NCBI GenBank assembly: GCA_963703345.1
Contig: OY969814.1
Location: 2,208,001 to 2,272,000, forward strand
Length of the DNA stretch: 64,000 bases
Source of the DNA: an uncultured Chloroflexia bacterium
GTDB taxonomy: Bacteria; Chloroflexota; Dehalococcoidia; DSTF01; JALHUB01
Direction of reading: 5' to 3'
Below are positions 47,049 through 56,445 of the stretch, piece after piece; the stretch's first letter is position 1; each line of letters starts with the position of its first letter. The position numbers were made by a program, and so were the translations under genes. The notes beneath the pieces were generated by a model. The model was given only the letters and a program-made list of their open reading frames with translations, did no database searches and was not told the origin of the DNA.

Positions 47049-48419
47049 TCAGGAGAGATTCGTCGGTCGAATGCTATGAGCATCCATGCGTCGTGCCGCC
47101 TTTGTGATTGTGTTGATTACGCCTGCCCGATATTGCCCTCTAGTCCATTGGGCCAAGGCCTGATATCCGCCGACTAGTGCGGGAACGCTCTGTCCTACTT
47201 CATTATGCGAAATCATCGGAGCGACGGCCGCAGCCAACAGAGCCCAGGCCGGGATTGACCGAGGAGTAGAATTCGTCAATTTCTTCTCCCAAGCTCGCTC
47301 CAGCGCTGTCGCGTGCTCGCGAATTGCGTCCTCTAGTTGCTCTTCATGCCTGTCATCCTCGTGCCATCGTGCCAACGCTTCTTGATAGCGCTGGCGCGTA
47401 AGATCCGTTTCCTGGAACACTAGCGTCACTTTAGGCCACTCCAACTCCAGCGGATCCCATTTGAACAATCCCGCGACTCCCTTGAGCCAAAGACGATTCG
47501 AGGAAGACTCCCTCTGATTCTCATCGAATGGGTACAAGGCGTCGCAGGGCCTATCCAGGAAGAGGCTTACCGGCACTGAATCTGGCAGAGCCCCGACCGA
47601 AGCACCATCGGGAGCCAGCGTACGTTGCACGGCCGCATTCCACGCGTGAATAACCGTGTTCCTTATAGCTCTATATGTTGGGGCATCAAGTCCATCCCTG
47701 TGCTCCTCAAGACAGGTCATGACCGCCGACCGAATCCCACGATCTGGCACATTGTCGTCGATGAACTTTTTCGTGCTATGGACCACCGTCCAGCTACTCA
47801 CCCCTAGTTCTTCCGGCCCGCGAGCGTACAACTCTTCCAAAATGTCGTACATTGTAACCGGGGCCCGAGTCTTTGCTCGCTTCGTCGCCGAGGTTTCGTC
47901 CCGGGAGAAGTACTCAATGGCCCTTAGCGGTCCCGACAACCTCGGGTCCAGGTCGCCAATACCTCTTGGATACGGCTCAACAAGCATCCTCTCAAGGTCA
48001 ATACTCCCCGACGACAGCAAGAGGTCGGCAAATCGTGTTATGGGTTGAGCCGTTCCAAGCGAGGATGAGATCCAGCCAGGCTTGAGCGTCCGCCTCAGTC
48101 CCCAGGTCGCGATCCCAAAGTTCCCCAAGGCTCGACCGGTCTTGTCGGGATTTGCCACGAGTTCGAAAGGTGAGAATTGCGAATCCCGTGCCAAGCGCGC
48201 CAGCTCCTCGGGTAGGGCGTCATCCACGAAAAGTGCTTGCACAACGGGACTGTCGAACAGATGCACATCATTGAGCACGAGCGTGTTCCCGAAGAGCATA
48301 TGGAGCCTAACGATTCTCTGGGCATTCTCCTTAAGTTGCTGAACGTTCGGTTGCGGAAGTCCATGCCAAGATTGGGGACGGAAATACTCCCCATCGAACC
48401 ACTGAGCATAGCGACGCAT
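47049..48419 (-). CDS. Hypothetical protein (456 aa)
   Basis: Long ORF with purine-rich RBS, 6 nt from the next gene; no family recognised. Confidence 0.65.
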   Translation of the reverse strand: MRRYAQWFDGEYFRPQSWHGLPQPNVQQLKENAQRIVRLHMLFGNTLVLNDVHLFDSPVVQALFVDDALPEELARLARDSQFSPFELVANPDKTGRALGNFGIATWGLRRTLKPGWISSSLGTAQPITRFADLLLSSGSIDLERMLVEPYPRGIGDLDPRLSGPLRAIEYFSRDETSATKRAKTRAPVTMYDILEELYARGPEELGVSSWTVVHSTKKFIDDNVPDRGIRSAVMTCLEEHRDGLDAPTYRAIRNTVIHAWNAAVQRTLAPDGASVGALPDSVPVSLFLDRPCDALYPFDENQRESSSNRLWLKGVAGLFKWDPLELEWPKVTLVFQETDLTRQRYQEALARWHEDDRHEEQLEDAIREHATALERAWEKKLTNSTPRSIPAWALLAAAVAPMISHNEVGQSVPALVGGYQALAQWTRGQYRAGVINTITKAARRMDAHSIRPTNLS

Positions 48420-48541
48420 CGACCTTCTCCCAACGGATCATCGAGCCGCGTTCGGGTGGATTTTCGTTGTCCACCTGGACAAGCCCTCAATGACACTACC
48501 TGAGACGGCCCGAGCGGCCGGCCCAGACGCCTGGCAGTAGC

Positions 48542-49276
48542 TCAACCCCGCACTCCAGAAAGAGATGCGATGATTTCCTCTTGTCCCCAATTAGGATCGA
48601 TAGTCGGGACAATTCTGCCACTCTCGCCTTTTACGTACGGGCCCAAAGTCTTCCTGTGCTCCTCTGGGCAGAAAACCACCGCCACGTTGTCGAGAAGGAA
48701 ACCGAAGTCCCCGCGGTGTCGCCACTCGCGCTCCCACCAAAACTCCTTCTTCGAGTTGCGCCACGTACCCATGCCCTCGACGAACGGAGCGATACCAGCG
48801 ATAGGCTGGTCTGAGAATCGCTCACCTTCTGCGGCTTGTCTGACCAATTCCCAGACGTTCTCCGTTAGCCATTCGTGACCGCCGGTCATATCGACGTACC
48901 AAACAGGATTCACGCCCAGCTCGCGCGCCTTTCGCTTGGTGAATGCCAGTCCGAAGGGTTCGAGCTGATTGCGTCAACCCTTGATCGGACACACGAAGCT
49001 CCATGCTTGCTCCAGAGGTGCCTCAGTGAAACACACTACCCGCTGGGACTTCAACGCCGTTTGGTGGTCTTTCGGACGTAGCTTCCCTTGGCGGAGAACC
49101 TTCTCTAGCTGAATGACGGCCGCGCCCATGGGAGTACGTGCGAGCAGCGTCTGATTAGCAAGAATGCTCTGTAGGTTCTCTAGCGCCGCCTTGCCGTTCC
49201 CTTGCCGTGTCCAGTGAATAACGAAGGTGGACAGATCGGTGCGCCGGCGCAACAATTCCTCGATCTCCCATTCCAT
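48542..49276 (-). pseudogene. AbiGi-like protein interrupted by one in-frame TGA (48974-48976)
   Basis: DLS.FVIHWT, VCFTEAPL, PFGLAF.K, NPVWY, WWEREWR all in one frame across the stop. Confidence 0.78.
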
Positions 49277-49728
49277 GGATCCGCTCGTCTCCTAATGGTT
49301 GCCCGGGATGTCGGTATTCTCCCCTCTCGAAAGCAGATCGTCAAGACCCGATGTTGATCGCTTTGAGGCTTGCCGCGCGCGCGGCGTTTGGTTCGCCGAT
49401 ATCGTTCTCGACCGCAATGAAATACTTGGAGATATGTCCTAGAGCTGGCCATCCCAAATGAGTGGTGGTGGATGGGTACGAATGGGTTGACGAAGGCAAG
49501 GGGTATCGGCGTTCTTGATACCGACCGATGTCGTCAACGGCTACGGAATCAGGCGGCCCCACGACCACCCGCTTGCAGAGTGCACGACGCGCGCGTCGTG
49601 TCGCTAAAAGAGCCACCAGCCGTGGCGCCTCCGACGCCCTGCCGACTCTTGGGCAGCTCGAACGTTGGGTTCTTGCGGCGGTCTGAGTGAATGGACATGG
49701 CCCAATTCTCCTATATACTATTTCCAAG

Positions 49729-50433
49729 ATGAAGGAGCAGCCCGACGTTGCGACTCCCTTTGCATCAGCAACAACTGATGAGTTCCTGGACTGGTGGAAC
49801 GGATCCCGCCAAGCGATCCATCAGTGGCTGGAGAAGCAGTCGTCCCCGCTTGCAGAACTGTATTTCGGAGCAGGCCGCCTTCTTTGTGAAAAGACGCCAG
49901 GATGGACTCGGTTCGTCGGTCATGCAGTGCGGGAAATAGTCAACCGGCTTCCCACTGCAATCTGCGGCGAAGTGGGCGGAGGTCGTCTTGAATATCCTAA
50001 ACGCGTCGAAGCGATCGCGGTTGTGTGGCCGAGGGCAAACCTAGGGCTTGCAGAAGCACAGATAGATTACAGCGGTACGGGTGTCGTCAGAACGCTTCCC
50101 TTGCCAGTTTGGAGGGAGGTTGATCAGTTGATCCAGGATCATCGGGGCGTGCCGACTCGCAATCGAGAGCGCGCCCTGAAAATGCTACAGGTGTTGGTGC
50201 CAGAATCGTCGCCTGGCGGCGGACAGATGGCCCTGGCAGCGGGCAGGTGGGTAGAGATTGGGCGTTGGGCGGAGGGACGAGCCCACGATCAAACGCGCTG
50301 CGACGAGGAACACAACGACGGCGAAATCATTGGACAGTTCGAGGCCCTGGAAAGAATCATACTCAGTGTCACCCGGCCATTCTTCCAGAATAAGGACGAC
50401 CTAGATGAGCTCCTGGAACAAACCAACGCCTGA
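49729..50433 (+). CDS. Hypothetical protein, possibly HEPN-like
   Basis: GHAVREI.NRLP and W...RAH helical motifs; TATACT 9 nt upstream of ATG 49729. Confidence 0.6.
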   Translation: MKEQPDVATPFASATTDEFLDWWNGSRQAIHQWLEKQSSPLAELYFGAGRLLCEKTPGWTRFVGHAVREIVNRLPTAICGEVGGGRLEYPKRVEAIAVVWPRANLGLAEAQIDYSGTGVVRTLPLPVWREVDQLIQDHRGVPTRNRERALKMLQVLVPESSPGGGQMALAAGRWVEIGRWAEGRAHDQTRCDEEHNDGEIIGQFEALERIILSVTRPFFQNKDDLDELLEQTNA

Positions 50434-53200
50434 ACAGGTCGAGCGGGTCCTCCAGCTGATTACACGACCGGCTGAATTCCGGTATTTCCTAGACCGGCTA
50501 AACAATCCACTGTGGCTTCCCGTTTTCTACAAACGCGGACTCTTCGAGACACCCCCTGGCCCCATCTTGGATGAGGCGGAGGGTACAATGCAATTCCCCT
50601 CGTGGCCGCTTTCAGAGTTCCTCGCTCGGGTCGCGCATAATGTCGATGATGCGAAACTGCTCTCGGCAATAGCACACCAAATCGCGCCTGCAGACAACTT
50701 TCGTGTGCAACTTAACGTACTGGCAGTAACTCTAGTCCTCCCAGCCCGAACTTCTGCAAAGTTTGTGCGCTATGCGCAAGATTGGCTAACTGGTTGGCAT
50801 GGAGGTGTCGTAGACATGCTGGCACCTCAGCTTGGTTGTTGGCTGGAGCATTTGGCGCAAGGCAGTGAAGCAATGGCGGCAGAGCGCCTGGCCCGGCAAG
50901 TATTGTTCTTGAGCTCGGCGGATGGGGAACGCGTTGGTTGGTTGCACGATCTTGTCGGTCGTCTACGCCCTCACTGGTATGGTGAATTCCTCAAGAAATT
51001 CCCTGCGCTTGTTCGCGCGACTCCCGAAAGGGCACTTTCGGTGCTTCTCGACGTGCTGGACAATGCCCTGAAGCTTTCAAGAGACGGAGAACAGCAGACA
51101 GAATCTGGATGCCTTGAGGATTATTCGACAACATGGCGTAACAATATTGCCCGAGGCGAGGCTTGGTCGACCGAGGACTACCGGCACCACTTGATCGACG
51201 CCCTGCAGGCAGCTATGCCGCTGCTGCTGGTGAGGGCCGAGGCGAGCGTTGAGGCCACGGTACGGCGGCTGGAAGAAAAGCGTTGGGTCACCTTCCACCG
51301 AATCGCTCTGGATGCTTTGTCGCGGGCACCGCTTCCCGAATCGCTAGATTCCACTCGATCACGCTTGCTCGACCAGTCGCGTCTGCAGGATAGTTCACTC
51401 CGTCGCGAGTATGACGGCCTCCTCGCCGCACGCTTCAATGCACTCGACACTCCAGAACAGGAAGCACTTCTTCAGCTCATTGACCTGGGTCCTCGCCATT
51501 ATGATGCAGCTCAGTCGACAAAGGAGGGGGACGAGTTATGGAGATACGGACGTTTGCGTTTAATCGCCCCCCATCTGGATACGAAGCACAGCAAGAGTCT
51601 TAAGCGCTTTGAGACCAAATTTGCAGCGTTCGAGAAGACCGAAAGTGCCCTAGTCTCCGGCTGGGTAACGGATCCCAGCCCTCTAGATGCTGCGCAGCTA
51701 GCGAACATGCCAGTGCCGGAGGTAATTAGCTTCCTGCGAGCATGGGAACCTCCGACATCAGGTTTTCCCAGGCCGACTCGACGCGCGCTTGCACTCCAGA
51801 TTGAGAAGGCAATTCAGAACGAGCCGCGACGTTTCATAGAAGCGGCGGAAGGGTTCGCGGGCGTTCACCTTGAATATCAGGCGTTCATTTTGCGGGCGAT
51901 CGCGTCCGCTGTTGAGGGGGGATACGTCCCGCAGTGGACACCGTTGCTTGGCCTTTGCACGGCCATAGTGGAGAGAGACGAGTCTAACAATGAGCTAAAG
52001 CGTGCTTTGTTGCGCGTCATCGAGACGGGATTCAATTCAGGCGGTGCCGAGCTTCCCATCACGGCCCGGGAGATAGGTTGGCGAATTATCAGCCATCTTG
52101 CTCGCGACCCTAATCCAGATCCAGACGATGAACGGTCTTTCGCGTCCCCGGCACTCGATCCCATCACGATCGCCATTAATAGCGTACGCGGCGTTGCCGT
52201 CGAGGCCGTTGTCAAGTACGCGCTTTGGGTCTCTCGCGCGACGTTGGCAGCGACTACGGCTGCTCGAAGCTTCGATAGCATGCCAGAAGCGCGCGAAGTG
52301 CTTGAGGAACGACTCGATTACGCTATTGAACGAACGATCGCTGTTCGCTCCGTATTTGGCCGGTTTCTGCCGCAACTCTTCTGGCTCGACCCTGAATGGA
52401 CCCGTGAACGTATTCAGCAGATACTCCCGACTGACCCGGAACTTACCGAACTGCGAGACGCAGCATGGGAGTCGTTCGTGCTCGTCACGCCTGTTTACTC
52501 AGACCTGTTCAAAGCGCTGCGAACTCAGTACGAAGATGCAGTGCAGCGGCTAGAGACCCCTCGATTCGAGTGGCGCCTTCTCGGGGATCCCCTCGTATCA
52601 CTTGGTCGTCACCTCGTCACGCTGTACGGCAGAGGCATGTTGCCGCTCGACGACAAGTTAATGCGAACTCTCTTTTCAGGACTGAATGCAGAGAGGAGAG
52701 AAGGCGTTCTCACTTTCGTAGGACAGGCACTTCGCGGCGAAGAGGAGATCCGGGTTGATATCTTGTCGCGCTACCAAGCACTCTGGGAATGGCGGCGTCA
52801 CGAGATTGAACTCGGACGGGGAGACTCCAGCGAGCTGCGCGCGTTCGTCTGGTGGTTTTCATCAAATCGCTTCGATGATCAGTGGGCGGTCGCTCAGCTC
52901 ACGCACGCTTTGTCTCTCACGCCTTGTGAGAACCTGCTTCCGGAGGTCGCTCAGCGTCTCGCCCGTGCCACGGCGGTTCCAACCTTGGACCTCGTTAAAG
53001 CATTGGAGCAGGTAGTAATTAGCGACAGATGGGGCGTCATCTCAATGTATGAGGGGAGCGCTAGAGAGATTATTAGGCGTGCCCTTGAAGGGGGAGGCGA
53101 GGCACGAGTGCGCGCCATGGGTCTTATAGATAGACTCGCACGGTCAGGTTACTTCGGCTTCACGGATCTGGTCGGAAGACCGCCACGTCAAACGAGCTGA
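50405..53200 (+). CDS. Large all-alpha hypothetical protein (931 aa)
   Basis: Long ORF, RYFLDRLNNPLWL...GLF..PP N-terminus, helical-repeat-like composition; overlaps upstream gene by 29 bp. Confidence 0.7.
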   Translation: MSSWNKPTPEQVERVLQLITRPAEFRYFLDRLNNPLWLPVFYKRGLFETPPGPILDEAEGTMQFPSWPLSEFLARVAHNVDDAKLLSAIAHQIAPADNFRVQLNVLAVTLVLPARTSAKFVRYAQDWLTGWHGGVVDMLAPQLGCWLEHLAQGSEAMAAERLARQVLFLSSADGERVGWLHDLVGRLRPHWYGEFLKKFPALVRATPERALSVLLDVLDNALKLSRDGEQQTESGCLEDYSTTWRNNIARGEAWSTEDYRHHLIDALQAAMPLLLVRAEASVEATVRRLEEKRWVTFHRIALDALSRAPLPESLDSTRSRLLDQSRLQDSSLRREYDGLLAARFNALDTPEQEALLQLIDLGPRHYDAAQSTKEGDELWRYGRLRLIAPHLDTKHSKSLKRFETKFAAFEKTESALVSGWVTDPSPLDAAQLANMPVPEVISFLRAWEPPTSGFPRPTRRALALQIEKAIQNEPRRFIEAAEGFAGVHLEYQAFILRAIASAVEGGYVPQWTPLLGLCTAIVERDESNNELKRALLRVIETGFNSGGAELPITAREIGWRIISHLARDPNPDPDDERSFASPALDPITIAINSVRGVAVEAVVKYALWVSRATLAATTAARSFDSMPEAREVLEERLDYAIERTIAVRSVFGRFLPQLFWLDPEWTRERIQQILPTDPELTELRDAAWESFVLVTPVYSDLFKALRTQYEDAVQRLETPRFEWRLLGDPLVSLGRHLVTLYGRGMLPLDDKLMRTLFSGLNAERREGVLTFVGQALRGEEEIRVDILSRYQALWEWRRHEIELGRGDSSELRAFVWWFSSNRFDDQWAVAQLTHALSLTPCENLLPEVAQRLARATAVPTLDLVKALEQVVISDRWGVISMYEGSAREIIRRALEGGGEARVRAMGLIDRLARSGYFGFTDLVGRPPRQTS

Positions 53201-53316
53201 AGTCAGCTTCTGGCGAATAAACAGAAAGGTACGATGGATTGCCCTCTATCACACTACGCCTAGCCCGCTGGCGTCAGGGGCGGAGTGCAAAAAGCGCATG
53301 GACTAGCGCTCTGCGC

Positions 53317-53718
53317 CTAATCCCCGTGTCGGTTGGGACACGCCTCGGGAGTCGTCCCCGCTTCCGCCAAGAAGCCCTTCTTGCAGATGGTGCAGAACCA
53401 TCGCACCTTTCCCTCCGGGACACCCTTCTGGTTCGGAACTCTCACGATCAGTCGCTTGCCCCTAGCCGTCTTCGCCTCGCCTGACTCCACCACCGGCCCG
53501 GGAACATCGCTTTCCAACGACCAGAACCTCCAGCCATTGCAGGCTACGCCGCCCATCACTGCACTCCCGGCTGCTGAAGGGCTCTTGAACTCCCGGCCGT
53601 CCGCCAACCGGTAGCGCACACCCTGGTCGCTACTCACGACCTCCGCCGTATACCTTTCTCCCTTGTACCCCGCCACCAGGCGGGTACCCACTACCAGATT
53701 CCGATTCTCGATTGCCAT
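53317..53718 (-). CDS. RAMA/DUF2924-like DNA-binding protein with C-terminal Zn-ribbon-like motif
   Basis: YKG..Y.AEV...FKSPSAAG..V.G...NGWRFW; CTIC...CP..H; AAGGAGG RBS. Confidence 0.75.
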   Translation of the reverse strand: MAIENRNLVVGTRLVAGYKGERYTAEVVSSDQGVRYRLADGREFKSPSAAGSAVMGGVACNGWRFWSLESDVPGPVVESGEAKTARGKRLIVRVPNQKGVPEGKVRWFCTICKKGFLAEAGTTPEACPNRHGD

Positions 53719-53901
53719 TTGCGGCACCTCCTTTCAAGGTGACGCATACATCACTCTGCTTTGGCGCCAAGTCAACCCGGTTCTCCAGAGATAAAGGCAA
53801 AACGAGGAGAATTCGCCCCGATAGCCCCCTCTCACGCTTGACTTCGTGCGCCGTCAGAGTGATGTATGTCCATACCAGAATCGCGCGGTCGGGAGGACGC
53901 A

Positions 53902-54921
53902 GTGACCAAGAGAAACGAAGACGGCAGTAGCGACAAGGAGGACCTTCAGACCCTCGTTGACCTCTATCTCCTCCGTTGCCAGGTCGAAGGCAAGTCGCCC
54001 AACACCCTGAAGGCCTACGCCTGGACCATGAGACGTTTTGTGGAAGTAGCTCGTCAGGAGGGATTCGCCGGCCCTGTTCGCCAGATCACGCCAGTTCACC
54101 TCTACAGCTACCTTGGCCGCTTCTCGAATCTCTCCGCCGAATCGAGGCACCGCTATCATCGCGAGGTCTCCTTCTTCTTCAGTTGGCTGGAGTCGATGGG
54201 GTACGTAGACCGTTCCGCCTTCGCCCAGATCAAGAAGGTGAAGCTGCCGCAGCGGATCATCCAGCCCTTCTCTCAAGAGGACGTGCGCAAGCTGCTCGCG
54301 CTATGCGACGACTCTCCCGTCGGTCGACGCGATCGAGCGATGCTTCTGGTGATGCTCGACACGGGCGTCAGGGTTAGTGAGCTGGTTCACCTAAACTTGG
54401 CAGATGTCGATCTAGAAACAGGCCGCACTCGGGTCCTTCACGGCAAGGGCAACAAGCAGCGGGTGGTAGCCTTCGGTGACGGATGCAAGGACGGTCTATT
54501 GAGCTACCTCGAGGCGAGAGGATACGAGCCTGGCCCGCTGTTCGTGGCGGTGACGGGACATCGAAGGCTGCACCTGGGCGTCGGGCTCCAGCCGAATGGA
54601 GTGAAGCAGATGTTACGGCGCTTGGGCAGGAGGGCGGGTCTGCCCAAGGTCCATGCTCACCGCTTCCGTCACACCTTCGCCACCTGGGCCATCGAGCAAC
54701 ACGCACGAGAGCTGGATGTCCAGTACTTGCTGGGGCATTCGACCCCCGACATGGTCAGACGATACTCGTCTACGTATAATTCGGAACAGGCTGCTCGCGC
54801 TCACGCGGCCTTCAGCCCGGCAGACTGGCTGGGGCGCGCTGGCCTCCTCACTCATTCGCGCTCAATGCCCTGCCTCTCCCCGTCGTCAAGGCCCATCCTT
54901 GCCCCCGATCGCTTGAGCTAG
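53902..54921 (+). CDS. Tyrosine recombinase/integrase
   Basis: KSPNTLKAY SAM-like N-terminus; DTGVRVSEL (R), GKGNK (K), HRFRH, LLGH, RRY catalytic set. Confidence 0.93.
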   Translation: MTKRNEDGSSDKEDLQTLVDLYLLRCQVEGKSPNTLKAYAWTMRRFVEVARQEGFAGPVRQITPVHLYSYLGRFSNLSAESRHRYHREVSFFFSWLESMGYVDRSAFAQIKKVKLPQRIIQPFSQEDVRKLLALCDDSPVGRRDRAMLLVMLDTGVRVSELVHLNLADVDLETGRTRVLHGKGNKQRVVAFGDGCKDGLLSYLEARGYEPGPLFVAVTGHRRLHLGVGLQPNGVKQMLRRLGRRAGLPKVHAHRFRHTFATWAIEQHARELDVQYLLGHSTPDMVRRYSSTYNSEQAARAHAAFSPADWLGRAGLLTHSRSMPCLSPSSRPILAPDRLS

Positions 54922-55179
54922 AACGCCCCAGCAACCAAGCGCACGTCTGTCTCTCGCGGTCCTGTCGATGAGGGCTCCTCGACCCCCATCCACGGCGGCA
55001 AACTCCTCGATCACGCACTCCGCTGGCGGTCAACCATATTAATGCGGAAGAAGGCGCGTGGGAAGCAGGGCAGCAGATCTACTGGCAAATGTGGCCAATG
55101 TGAATCTGTAAGAACGGCTATTGGCTTCCGGTCGACCATATAGCTGGCAGCAGATTACACAACACGCACGGAGGCGACG

Positions 55180-56445
55180 ATGAAGAAGAATTCTCCTGAA
55201 ACAGCGCGCAAGCCCCAGGACGCGCTGGAAATCACGCACGTTCGGATCGAAGACCTGAGCTTGGCCAGCTACAATCCCCGTCGCATCGCGCCGGGCGAAC
55301 TGGCGAAACTGAAGAAATCGATCGACCGGTTCGGGATCGTGGAGCCCATCGTAGCACGCAGGGACGGAACGATAGTGGGCGGCCACCAACGCTACGAGGC
55401 CGCGCGGCAGCTTGGCATCGAAAGGGTGCCCACCGTCTTCGTGGACATTAGCGACAATGAGGCCAAGCTGCTGAACCTCGCGCTAAACAAGATCTCCGGC
55501 GAGTGGGATACGATGCGGCTGGCCTCGCTCCTCTCGGAGTTGCGAACGCTTCCCACCACCGAACTGGAGCTCAGCGGCTTCTTGAAGGACGAGACCACTG
55601 CCATCATCCGCGCCCTCGACTGGGGACGCCGTTTCAGTCCGGACAACGTCCCCGACCCACCCGAGGTACCTACCGCCAAGCCGGGCGACCTCTGGCGGCT
55701 AGGCGACCACTTCCTCCTTTGCGCTGACTCCACCGATCCCGACGCTGTCCAGCGCCTTCTGTCGGGCAGAAGCGTCAACCTGCTGCTGACGGACCCGCCG
55801 TATGGCATCTCTTATGACCCCGGAGAACGGCCGGGAGCTCGAACCCCGGCAGGCAAGATCGAGGGTGACAGCCTGCCGGATGAGGACTACAGGGCACTCC
55901 TTGAAGGTTCGCTCAAGATCGCCTTCGCTGCCGCATCAGGGGGCGCACCTGCCTACGTGTTCCACGCGAGCACCCAGGCCGACATAGCTCTCGCCGCATT
56001 CAGGGCTGCGGGGTGGCGTCTCTCGGCTTGCCTCATATGGGTGAAGGCCGCGCCTACCTTCGGCCGCGGCGACTATCACTGGCAGCACGAGCCGATTCTG
56101 TACGGATGGAAGCCGGGCGGCCACCACCACTGGTTCGGAGGACGCTCCGAGTCCACCGTGTGGCAGATCGGGACGGGAAAGGCCTTGCCGGATTCCCGCG
56201 ACGGCCATCATCTTCATCCCAATCAGAAACCGGTCGTGCTCCTCGAACGGGCCATCTCCAACAGCTCTCGCCCCGGCGACACCGTCTTCGACCCCTTCGT
56301 CGGCAGCGGCTCGACCGTTGTCGCCTGCGAGCGACTGGCTCGCCGTTGCCTTGCGATCGAGATCGAACCACGGTTCGTGGATTTGGCTGTCCGGCGATGG
56401 CAGCAGTATTCCGGCCAAGCACCGGAGCTAGTTAGGAGAGCATGA
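55180..56445 (+). CDS. ParB/Srx domain fused to N4/N6 DNA methyltransferase
   Basis: YNPR...FGIVEPI...VGGHQR; TDPPY, HPNQKP, DPFVGSGST. Confidence 0.9.
   Translation: MKKNSPETARKPQDALEITHVRIEDLSLASYNPRRIAPGELAKLKKSIDRFGIVEPIVARRDGTIVGGHQRYEAARQLGIERVPTVFVDISDNEAKLLNLALNKISGEWDTMRLASLLSELRTLPTTELELSGFLKDETTAIIRALDWGRRFSPDNVPDPPEVPTAKPGDLWRLGDHFLLCADSTDPDAVQRLLSGRSVNLLLTDPPYGISYDPGERPGARTPAGKIEGDSLPDEDYRALLEGSLKIAFAAASGGAPAYVFHASTQADIALAAFRAAGWRLSACLIWVKAAPTFGRGDYHWQHEPILYGWKPGGHHHWFGGRSESTVWQIGTGKALPDSRDGHHLHPNQKPVVLLERAISNSSRPGDTVFDPFVGSGSTVVACERLARRCLAIEIEPRFVDLAVRRWQQYSGQAPELVRRA

Noticed and set aside
48974-48976. Selenocysteine recoding of the in-frame TGA
   Set aside because: Not a redox Cys-type position and no obvious SECIS; CGA>TGA is simpler.
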